17,786 bases of DNA, taken from contig JAUQYZ020000144.1 in the NCBI GenBank assembly GCA_030587475.2, positions 1 through 17,786 of the forward strand, in the 5' to 3' direction. Position numbers and translations under genes: made by a program. Origin of the DNA: Candidatus Sigynarchaeum calidifontis. GTDB lineage: Archaea; Asgardarchaeota; Lokiarchaeia; Sigyniarchaeales; Sigyniarchaeaceae. The notes beneath the pieces are model-generated. The model was not told where the DNA came from and did not search any database. It was given only the letters and a program-made list of their open reading frames with translations. Shown in pieces: positions 8,138 through 15,856 of the stretch (position 1 is its first letter; each line of letters begins with the position of its first letter).

Positions 8138-8671
8138 ATGGAAAGATCGATCAACGGCAAGAAGATCACGCTCGTGCAAGGCGACATCACCGACGTGCAC
8201 GCGGACGCCATCGTGAACGCCGCCAACGCCCAGCTCGTCCTCGGCGGTGGCGTCGCGGGGGCGATACGACGCAAGGGCGGTCCCGCCATCCAAGAAGAAT
8301 GCAACAAGATCGGGGGCACGCGCGTCGGCGGCGCCGTGATCACGACGGGCGGGCACCTGCCAGCCCGGTTCGTTATCCACGCGGTCGGCCCGATGAACGG
8401 CGAGGGAGATGAGGACCATAAACTGCGCAGCGCGACCATCGAGTCCTTGAAACTGATGGACGTGCACGGTCTCCATACCATAGCCTTCCCAGCGATCTCG
8501 ACGGGCATCTTTGGCTTCCCCGTCGACAGGTGTGCGGAAATCATGCTCGACGCGGTGCGCCAGTACTTGCTCGGGGAAACGTCCGTTACCCGCGTCACGT
8601 TCGTCTTGTGGACCAAGGCGGATTACGAGGTTTTCGCGAGGGAACTGGATCGAATCGTGTCGATTTCTTGA
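8138..8671 (+). CDS. Macrodomain protein (MacroD/YmdB-type ADP-ribosylhydrolase / O-acetyl-ADP-ribose deacetylase)
   Basis: Motifs QGDIT, DAIVNAANAQLVLGGGVAGAI, VIHAVGP and IAFPAISTGIFGFP. The true start is ATG 8138; the longer ORF from 7862 overlaps the antisense gene. Confidence 0.95.
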   Translation: MERSINGKKITLVQGDITDVHADAIVNAANAQLVLGGGVAGAIRRKGGPAIQEECNKIGGTRVGGAVITTGGHLPARFVIHAVGPMNGEGDEDHKLRSATIESLKLMDVHGLHTIAFPAISTGIFGFPVDRCAEIMLDAVRQYLLGETSVTRVTFVLWTKADYEVFARELDRIVSIS

Positions 8672-8916
8672 ACAATCCGGGCGTTAGCTTCATGCTCTTT
8701 CCCGTGAGCTGCTGCCATTCAACATGTTAAATCGCGATCGCCCTCATTCAAGGAAAGGCTGAAAGAGATTGCGCTCTGGCGTGAAGCAGAATGGTGCTTC
8801 GTTGAACGAATTATTCAAAATAAAAGGAACTCGCGCGCGGATATCCAAGCGTGACAACACAGAAATAACATGAGAGGGAGGCAAGTAACCAGAATTATCG
8901 TGGAGATGAAACGAGA

Positions 8917-9689
8917 ATGAAAACTTCGCTGATAAAGGGCCTCCAGGTAGGCAACCTGGTGGCCGTTGTGATAATGTTCGTCGTGAACATGTTGTCTAAT
9001 GCCTTGCCGCTCAACGGGAAAACTGCCGGGGAGCTGTCGGACGCCCTCCCGAACTATTTCGTTCCAGCCGGGTTCGTGTTCTCGATCTGGGGCGTGATAT
9101 ACGTTTTACAATTCATGTTCGGTTTTTACCAGGTGCGCCCGCAAGCAACAAGCCAGGGCTTCATCGCGCGTGTCGGCCCGTGGTCGATCGTGGCGAACAG
9201 CGCGAACGCGCTGTGGCTCTTCGCGTGGCACTGGCAGCTCGTTCCCTTGTCGCTCGCGTTCATGATCATCTTGCTCGTGGCTTTGTTGTTTCAACACGTG
9301 CGGCTGGGAATCGGCTCGCCTGGCAAGCAAGTGTCGAGAGGGGAACGGTGGTACGTGCATCTCCCCGTGAGCGTGTACCTTGGTTGGATATCGTCGCGAC
9401 CATTGCGAACGTGACCGCGGTGCTCGTCGACGCCGGCATCCCGAGCTTCGACAGTGCAGCAATAGCTTGGACGATCGCCATCTTGGCAGTGGTTGGAATT
9501 CTGGGAACGCTCATGATCGTGAGGCGCCGCGATATCGGATACATCGCCGTCTTCGAATGGGCGCTGTTCGGCATCGCATTGAAACAAGCCGCGATTCCCT
9601 CGATCGCGGCGACGGCTTGGATCGTGATGGTGGTTCTAGCCGTGATTCTTGTAATCATCCTATTACGAGCACGGGAGAAGAAATCTTGA
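8917..9689 (+). pseudogene. TspO/MBR-related (tryptophan-rich sensory-like) membrane protein with a 1-nt frameshift near 9393
   Basis: Motifs PAGFVFSIWGVIY, NALWLFAW and SVYLGWIS|VATIANV. The two ORFs (8917-9414 and 9180-9689) join if one base is added at TCG^TCGCG, giving 257 aa. Confidence 0.8.
9497..9679 (+). repeat. Direct repeat copy 1 (3' end of the TspO-like gene)
   Basis: 9497-9511 equals 10697-10711, 9542-9637 equals 10742-10837 (96 nt identical, offset exactly 1200) and 9666-9679 equals 10878-10891. Confidence 0.95.
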
Positions 9690-9772
9690 AGTGCTATAAC
9701 CCGACGAAAGAGATGTTTTCACGAGATTAATTTCCTACAAAAAGGGAAAGCGACTTTCACGAAACAGTCGAG

Positions 9773-10081
9773 CTATTTTTTCCCCTTTTCCGTAGTTCTA
9801 TCTTCCCAATAACCCGGTTTCCTGCTTAAGGGCATGACCGCAACGATGAGGATATAATCCTTCTTTATTGAATAGATTACACCAAACGGGAACCGTTTAA
9901 CGAGGCATCTTCTACATCCCTTCGTGATTTTCGTCCAAGCAAGGGGAAATTGGAGGATTCGCTGTATGGTGCAGAATACCTGCTCGGAAAACTCGATCCC
10001 TAACCCGGTCTTCTGGGCCTCGTAATAGGCCACAGAATCGTCGAATTCCGACTCGGCGTCGGGATGAAAGCGGTAATTCAT
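9773..10081 (-). CDS. Type II toxin, RelE/ParE family
   Basis: YRFHPDAESEFDDSVAYYE...GLGIEF...RRCLVKRFPFGVIY...IVAVMPLSRKPGYW is typical of ParE-like toxins paired with addiction-module antitoxins. There is an ATGA overlap with the upstream antitoxin. Confidence 0.92.
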   Translation of the reverse strand: MNYRFHPDAESEFDDSVAYYEAQKTGLGIEFSEQVFCTIQRILQFPLAWTKITKGCRRCLVKRFPFGVIYSIKKDYILIVAVMPLSRKPGYWEDRTTEKGKK

Positions 10082-10311
10082 TTGTGGTACCTGTCGTGTA
10101 TCTTTTTAAAGACCTCATCACCGGGGATGGCTTGTACCTTCCCAGAATTGATCTCATCAAGCCGTTTCTCTGCTTCTTCAGCCCATGCTTGTTCGATCTC
10201 TGCCTTGAGTGGCATGTTCAAACTTTCCAATAGCTTGTCGACTAATTCTGTTCGCTGCTCCAATGGAAGAGATAAAGCATCACGAAGCAGTTTCTCGTTC
10301 AAAGAAGCCAT
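10078..10311 (-). CDS. Addiction module antitoxin (TIGR02574-like)
   Basis: ALSLPLEQRTELVDKLLESL...IEQAWAEEAEKRLDEINSGKVQAIPGDEVF. The ORF is 77 aa and lies directly upstream of the toxin. Confidence 0.92.
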   Translation of the reverse strand: MASLNEKLLRDALSLPLEQRTELVDKLLESLNMPLKAEIEQAWAEEAEKRLDEINSGKVQAIPGDEVFKKIHDRYHK

Positions 10312-10696
10312 GTTGTATCACGTACTATCGTTTTTCTGACGCTATAATAGACTAATTGCTTTTTTATACATTTTGCACAATTCGATTGGATTTTCATTAA
10401 TAGGAATGAATGGAAGCCGGCCATGGCAAGGAGAGGTAGTATCGACATCATGGCTACCATTCACGCGACGATGGCTGCCATCGCGAGCTTGTTTCTCGCA
10501 AACCATTCTGTCTCTGGTGGTGTGCCGTGGATGGCCAGACCGTGCAACGGGCTCGATCTTATGTTGTCGAGGAAGCCCTTGAACATGTCAGCCATGCCAG
10601 CCATGCTGCTTTCTTGGTTATCTTCGCGCGTTACTTGTTACTCTATTCAATCGTGAGGGGTCCCTTGAAAGCTTCTATGCATGTCCGCAGTTTCCC

Positions 10697-10901
10697 AATT
10701 CTGGGAACGCTTATTATCGGGAATGAACGAGAACTCGGGTGCATCGCCGTCTTCGAATGGGCGCTGTTCGGCATCGCATTGAAACAAGCCGCGATTCCCT
10801 CGATCGCGGCGACGGCTTGGATCGTGATGGTGGTTCTTGCCGTGATGGCCGTGCTTGTTCTAGTAGAAGCACGACCGCGAGCACGGGAGAAAAGAGCATG
10901 A
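10697..10901 (+). pseudogene. Direct repeat copy 2: isolated 3' fragment of a TspO-like paralog
   Basis: It translates as ILGTLIIGNERELGCIAVFEWALFGIALKQAAIPSIAATAWIVMVVLAV...RAREKRA*. Similarity to copy 1 stops abruptly upstream of 10697. Confidence 0.85.
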
Positions 10902-10911
10902 TATCTCTTTT

Positions 10912-11877
10912 TCACGTGAATTCGTTCCGTATCAAGACTTCCTTGATCTTTCCCCTTTTCGACCCGACGCTGTTTATCGCCCGGTTGGCCATGATCGTTT
11001 CGATCTTGAAATCCTTGTACAAGTCCAGGACGAAATCGCAATAGGAATTGCTCAGCAAGACCTTGCATCCCCGCCTATCGAGCTCCTTCATGACGGCCAG
11101 GAGTTTCCGCTGGTCATCAGGGCCGAAGCTTTCCTTCGTGTAACCTGTAAAACTCGCGGTCAGCGAGAGGGGCACGTAAGGCGGGTCGAGATAGATGAAA
11201 TCACCCTTTTCGGCATATTCCAAGCACTTTTCAAAGCTGGCCACGTGTAACTCTATACCTTTTAATGCCTTGTTAATTGCCCGCAAGTTTTCCTCGTCAC
11301 ACAAGATTGGGTTCTTGTAATCGCCGAACGGGACGTTAAAATGCCCCTCGCTGTTGACCCGGTACAGGCCGTTATAGCAAACGTGGTTCATGTAGATGTT
11401 TCTCGATGCTTTCTCGACATCCGTCCATGCTGCAAAGGCGTCCTTGTCCAGGTCGATGTCCCGCATCTTGTAATAATAGGTCTCATCATTCTCGTGTCGC
11501 TTGAGCGAGGCGATCAGCGCATCGACGTCATGCTGGATCACCTTGTAGATGTTGATCAATTCCGGGTTGATGTCCATCAGCACGGCGCGTTCGGGTAGCA
11601 AGTAGAAGAACATGGCACCGCCCCCGACGAACGGCTCGATGTACTTGTTGAACTTGGCGGGAATGAACGGGTCGAATTGGCCCAGCAGCTGCCGCTTGCC
11701 ACCCGCCCATTTCATGAACGGGCGCGGGATGCCCGCGATGGTCTTGCTCTTCTTGTTACGCGCCCGCGCACGCGCCAAAAATTCCCGATCTTCATCAAAG
11801 GAAGGCTGGTTCGTGAAAGCATGCAAGGACTTCTGTCGTCCCCCTGGTGCTTTTCGTGTTTCTGGCTTGGAAGTCAT
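10912..11877 (-). CDS. dam: Dam-family (D12 class, alpha) DNA adenine methyltransferase, probably GATC; orphan; has an N-terminal extension
   Basis: Motifs PFMKWAGGKRQLL, YIEPFVGGGAM, YNGLYRVNSEGHFNVPFG, FIYLDPPY and LLSNS. The start is probably ATG 11877 (GTG 11892 is an alternative). Confidence 0.93.
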   Translation of the reverse strand: MTSKPETRKAPGGRQKSLHAFTNQPSFDEDREFLARARARNKKSKTIAGIPRPFMKWAGGKRQLLGQFDPFIPAKFNKYIEPFVGGGAMFFYLLPERAVLMDINPELINIYKVIQHDVDALIASLKRHENDETYYYKMRDIDLDKDAFAAWTDVEKASRNIYMNHVCYNGLYRVNSEGHFNVPFGDYKNPILCDEENLRAINKALKGIELHVASFEKCLEYAEKGDFIYLDPPYVPLSLTASFTGYTKESFGPDDQRKLLAVMKELDRRGCKVLLSNSYCDFVLDLYKDFKIETIMANRAINSVGSKRGKIKEVLIRNEFT

Positions 11878-11989
11878 GATGCTCCACGGCACGCCGCGAT
11901 GCTATGATAGTATAGCGAGGGGGAGTAAAAACACATCGGTTTGCATGCATGGATAAGAGTGCACAGAACAGCCCATCACATAGAGCGGT

Positions 11990-12139
11990 ATGCACTCTTT
12001 CAAGCACACACCGGCGGCACGCTCCTGGCATTTAACCAGAGCGTACGTCGATGTTCCTTATACGATCAAGGAAGAAGACTTCGAACATTATTTACGACAA
12101 TCTTTCGAGCGACAAGGAGTTAAGAAGAAAGATGATTAG
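11990..12139 (+). CDS. Possible small ORF or gene remnant (49 aa)
   Basis: MHSFKHTPAARSWHLTRAYVDVPYTIKEEDFEHYLRQSFERQGVKKKDD* is followed by a T8 tract. The C-terminal half looks protein-like. Confidence 0.25.
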   Translation: MHSFKHTPAARSWHLTRAYVDVPYTIKEEDFEHYLRQSFERQGVKKKDD

Positions 12140-12201
12140 GAGTATTTTTTTTCCCCACTAACCATCTATAATAATTAGAACTGGCATGATACACGATTTG
12201 C

Positions 12202-12918
12202 TCACGGCACAGGCGAGACGACTTTCTTGGGGTGGCGCTTCCTGGCGACGGTCTTCCCGGCGACACCTTTCTCGTCCGGGAAGTACCTGACCTCGAACTC
12301 CTCCCATGACTTGGAGAACTCGTGGTTCGCGAAGGCTTCCTTGAGCCCGCTAATTTGTTTCAACCGCAAAACCTCGTCGCGGCCCATGCCGAGCTTCTCC
12401 ATGATCTTCTCGTCGCTCCAGCCTTGCTTGGCCAGGTCGAGAACGATGTCGGACAAGGAGCGGATCTGGTGCGTCCCGCGGGCGCGGTTGTGGCGGATCG
12501 TCGAGCCCATGCGCTCGTCGAGCGGCTTGTCGATGACGACCACGGGGAGGTACCCCTTGATCCGCTCGCGGATGTCGGGGAACTCCTTCCCCACGCGGTT
12601 GCGGTGGAAGCCGTCGACGATCTCGTAGTTGCCGCCGGGCAACTTGTAGGCCACGATGGGTTGCGTGAACCCGTCGGCGCGGATGGACTCGTGCAAGAGC
12701 TTCATCTCGGGCGTGGCGACCTTGTTCGGGTTGTACGTGTTGGCCTGCACGCGGTCCGCGGGTACCCACGATACCACGTCGACGGGGTCATCGAATGGCG
12801 AAAGATCGCCGATCGCGGCTCGGAGCTCGTTTAGCAGCGAGACTTGCTCGTCGAGTGGCTTGTTGCCGAGTTCTTGCTTGATTACTTCAATGAGTTTCCT
12901 GATCGATTCGTTCATCAT
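12202..12918 (-). CDS. ibrB: IbrB/YbdM-like ParB/sulfiredoxin N-terminal domain protein
   Basis: Motifs ANTYNPNKVATPEMKLLHESIRADGFTQPIV, EIVDGFHR and STIRHNRARGTH, then an HTH-like GWSDEKIMEKLGMGRDEVLRLKQ and FSKSW. It overlaps the ibrA end by 32 nt. Confidence 0.9.
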   Translation of the reverse strand: MMNESIRKLIEVIKQELGNKPLDEQVSLLNELRAAIGDLSPFDDPVDVVSWVPADRVQANTYNPNKVATPEMKLLHESIRADGFTQPIVAYKLPGGNYEIVDGFHRNRVGKEFPDIRERIKGYLPVVVIDKPLDERMGSTIRHNRARGTHQIRSLSDIVLDLAKQGWSDEKIMEKLGMGRDEVLRLKQISGLKEAFANHEFSKSWEEFEVRYFPDEKGVAGKTVARKRHPKKVVSPVP

Positions 12919-14296
12919 CCTTTACACCATGTCCATCGTTCTTGGCGACGAAGCTTTCGCTGTCTTCGCCGTGTTTACCGCCGTCCATCGCCATTTCGTC
13001 GATCCGCTTCAATCGCTGGAGGATCTTGGGCTGCATGTGCCCGTCCCCCGTGAGGCGCTTCCGCTCCTCGTGCAGCGCCATCAAGAGCTCGTCGCCCGCC
13101 TTGTCGTAGCCGAACTCGAGGTGCGACAAGTAGAAGTCATTTTTCTCGATCGCCCGGGCGACGCGCCGCCACGACGGGTTGCCCTCCTCGGGCATGCGCG
13201 CGTACGGGATGCCCTCGTTCTTGGCGCACCAGAGCATGTAGTACTTGATCTTGCGGTAATAGCGGGCCATGATGCGGGGCTCGTAGAGGCCGATGGATTC
13301 GAGGAGGAACACGGCGTATTGCTGCCACGTGAGGTGCGGGGGCTTCATGGACGTGATGTTGCCGAAGAGGGCGCTGCGGCAGTAGATCGCCCCGAAGTTC
13401 ACGCCCTCGACCCGGTCGAGCATGCGCTCCCATGTCTCCGGTTCGATGACGCGGAACTGGTCGAGCCCAGCCTTCTGCGCGGCGCCGAACGGCTGGCAGA
13501 TGCGCTGGCGGGACAGCGGCACGCCCGCCTTCTGCATGAGGTCGTACACGCGATTGTACTCGAGGTCGAGCCTGGCAGTGGCACCCCACACGTCCTCGAC
13601 CCGCCAGTCGTAGATGGGATACGCGTTGTAGATGTCCGGGTAAATCTCGGTCGTCCAGTAGAGGTTCTCGAATCGTGGCTTGGTGTCCGAGGCGACGGCG
13701 AGGAACCGGCGCAGCGACTCGTCCGTGCGAATGCCGATGACTATGGCCGTGCGGCGCGCCTTGTTCTTCACGTGGAGCCATCTGGCGAAGCCGTGGACGA
13801 AGTCATCGAAATCCATGACGTTCTCGTAGAACGGGAAGGGGAACGGGTTCGTGTCGACCGTGATGGCGCCGTCGGGTACTTGTCGTGTCCATTTCTCCCT
13901 CGCCGATGGCTCCCACGTGATGAACTCGGGGTTCAAGGCCGAGGTGGCGTTGTCCTCGCATAGCGGGAGGCACACCCAGTAGAATTCCTTGCAGTTGGGC
14001 GCGGTGATCTCGCGGATGCGCTTCACGAACCGCTCGGTCGCATCGTACATGACCTCTAGGTCGACGAACATGATGGAAAATTTCTTGCCGAGCCGCCCCG
14101 CGACCATGTTGCCGAGCTGCACCACGACGCCCGAATCCTTCCCGCCGCTCACCGCGAAGCACACGTTGTCGAAGCGCGTGAACAAGTACTCGAGCCGCTG
14201 GAACGCCGCATCGAGCACGTTCGTCTCGCCGTATTTTTTCACGACCACCCGGCGCTTTAGCGTGGCAGAGCCGGCATCATCGTCGATAGCGAGCAT
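12887..14296 (-). CDS. ibrA: IbrA/YbdN-like PAPS-reductase-family (PP-loop) protein with DUF3440-type C-terminus
   Basis: Motifs NVLDAAFQRL, SGGKDS (PP-loop), IGIRTDESLRR, YPIYDWRVEDVW, QRICQPFG, IEPETW...RVEGVNFG and PSWRR...KND. ATG 14296 is preceded by GAGGGGG. Confidence 0.9.
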   Translation of the reverse strand: MLAIDDDAGSATLKRRVVVKKYGETNVLDAAFQRLEYLFTRFDNVCFAVSGGKDSGVVVQLGNMVAGRLGKKFSIMFVDLEVMYDATERFVKRIREITAPNCKEFYWVCLPLCEDNATSALNPEFITWEPSAREKWTRQVPDGAITVDTNPFPFPFYENVMDFDDFVHGFARWLHVKNKARRTAIVIGIRTDESLRRFLAVASDTKPRFENLYWTTEIYPDIYNAYPIYDWRVEDVWGATARLDLEYNRVYDLMQKAGVPLSRQRICQPFGAAQKAGLDQFRVIEPETWERMLDRVEGVNFGAIYCRSALFGNITSMKPPHLTWQQYAVFLLESIGLYEPRIMARYYRKIKYYMLWCAKNEGIPYARMPEEGNPSWRRVARAIEKNDFYLSHLEFGYDKAGDELLMALHEERKRLTGDGHMQPKILQRLKRIDEMAMDGGKHGEDSESFVAKNDGHGVKDDERIDQETH

Positions 14297-14481
14297 GTTA
14301 TTCCCCCTCTTGCAGCACGGGTTGAGAATTTTCGGTATCATTGAGTGGGCACGTTATTACCACGTTGCTGCACCGCTTGATGATGTACTATGTTTCGTAA
14401 TCATTGGACGATATATTCTAAAAATGCATTTAAATCGTTTGGATCCCGAGGATCGATGATTCTATTACTTGTTTGAGGACA

Positions 14482-14512
14482 GAAAATAAAAAGGAATAAC
14501 GAGGTAAAAAAG
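14482..14512 (-). terminator. T-rich terminator region after actin
   Basis: The minus strand reads TCTTTTTTACCTCGTTATTCCTTTTTATTTT, starting about 10 nt after the actin stop. Confidence 0.55.
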
Positions 14513-14522
14513 ATACGCTTGC

Positions 14523-15671
14523 TCAGAAGCAGCGGTGAATGACTTGTGGGCCGAGATCTTTATACTCGCGTCGCGTTACCCACATCTTTTGGAACGTCTT
14601 CAAGGAAGCCAAGATACTGCCGCCAATCCAAACTGAATACATGCGCTCGGGAGGTGCGACGATCTTGACGTCGACCGACTCTGGAATCTGCTCCTTGATC
14701 TCTTTCTGCAACCGTTCTTTCAAACCGGGGTACATGGTGCTTCCGCCGCTTAAAACGATGTTGCCGTACAGGTCACGGCGCAAGTCCACGTCGCAGTTCT
14801 TGATCGAGTTGACGACCACGTCGTCGATCGGCTCCAACTCTTTACCCAGCACGCCGGGATTGAAGAAGCACTCGGGCGCCAGGAACCGCTCCACGCCGAC
14901 GGTGATCGCCTCGCCGTCGGGCAGGATGTAGGTTTTCTCCATGCCCGCGACCTTCTTGGCGAGCATGAGCTCCTTCTCGGGGTCGAGTGCCACGTAGCAG
15001 AGTTTCTCCTTGATGTCCCGGACGATTTCCCGCTCCGCGGACGTCGTGAACGTGTATCCCTTCTGGCGCAGTAGCCGCTGCAAGTACGTCGTGATGTCGC
15101 GGCCTGCAAGGTCGATACGAGCGATGGCGTGCGACAAGGCAAAGCCCTCGTAGATGGGCACGATGTGGCACACGCCGTCGCCGATGTCTATGACGCAGCC
15201 TGTCGTGCGGCCGGACGCGTACAGCGACAGCACCGCTTGCATGCCCACGTACAGCGCGGGCACGTTGAACGTCTCGAACATGATCTCGGCCATCTTCTCG
15301 CGGTTCGGCCGGGGGTTCAGCGGCGCCTCGGTCAGCAGCACGGGGTGCTCCGACGGGTCGACCCGCAGGTCGGTGTAGAACGTGTAGTGCCAGATTTTCT
15401 CCATGGCAGTCCAGTCCTCGATGATGCCGTGCTCGACGGGGAACATGAGCTTCAGCACGCCTTTCAACTGGAGTGCCTCTTCGCCGATGTAGTATTCTCG
15501 AGTGTAGTGCTCGACGTCGGTCATGATGCTCGTGTACTTCGGGTAGCCGATGAGCGTCGGGAACACGGAGCGCGGCTGGTCCTCGCCCGCGAACCCGTTC
15601 TTGGAAATGCCGGTCCCGTTGTCGACCACGAGCGGCTTCTGTGCCAAAAAGTCCAGTTCTTGTTCGGCCAT
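14523..15671 (-). CDS. Actin (Asgard 'Lokiactin'-type, close to eukaryotic actin)
   Basis: Motifs [105 protein letters not shown] and [19 protein letters not shown], ending HRCF. The gene is intronless with SD-like GTGAGG at 15676-15681. Confidence 0.98.
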   Translation of the reverse strand: MAEQELDFLAQKPLVVDNGTGISKNGFAGEDQPRSVFPTLIGYPKYTSIMTDVEHYTREYYIGEEALQLKGVLKLMFPVEHGIIEDWTAMEKIWHYTFYTDLRVDPSEHPVLLTEAPLNPRPNREKMAEIMFETFNVPALYVGMQAVLSLYASGRTTGCVIDIGDGVCHIVPIYEGFALSHAIARIDLAGRDITTYLQRLLRQKGYTFTTSAEREIVRDIKEKLCYVALDPEKELMLAKKVAGMEKTYILPDGEAITVGVERFLAPECFFNPGVLGKELEPIDDVVVNSIKNCDVDLRRDLYGNIVLSGGSTMYPGLKERLQKEIKEQIPESVDVKIVAPPERMYSVWIGGSILASLKTFQKMWVTRREYKDLGPQVIHRCF

Positions 15672-15842
15672 GATGCCTCACTTGCATGTCGGTAGGTGAT
15701 TTATTCGAAAAGGCGCACGTTCTTAATAGATCTTGCCCGAACGTGCCGCGATTCCCACTTGTATTTGTACACCCAGCCGCGCGCCGACCTCGTGATCGGG
15801 AAGCGCGATCTCGGGTGGGTGCGCTTTCATTATTTTTTGGCG

Positions 15843-15856
15843 ATATAAATCTTTCC
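15843..15856 (-). promoter_or_regulatory. BRE + TATA box, candidate actin promoter
   Basis: The minus strand reads GGAAAG-ATTTATAT, a purine-rich BRE directly before a TTTATA box. Confidence 0.55.

Noticed and set aside
8138-10311. Macrodomain protein as a DarG-type antitoxin linked to the TA locus
   Set aside because: It is a stand-alone MacroD-type domain with no DarT or other ADP-ribosyltransferase neighbour. The RelE/ParE toxin already has its own antitoxin.
9497-10901. Repeat pair as the template and variable repeats of a diversity-generating retroelement
   Set aside because: The mismatches are not adenine-specific (C/T, G/T, T/G and C/G all occur), the core is invariant, and no reverse transcriptase is in the window.
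2626-11877. Complete type II restriction-modification systems
   Set aside because: Neither methyltransferase has an intact adjacent endonuclease gene in this window.
12656-13963. Long alternative-frame or antisense ORFs (e.g. 12656-13963 +, 14842-16008 -, 2836-3768 +, 16349-17299 -, 16399-17337 +)
   Set aside because: They are shadow ORFs of GC-rich genes with strong codon bias. They are Arg/Ala/Pro-rich or typical antisense translations and overlap well-supported genes.
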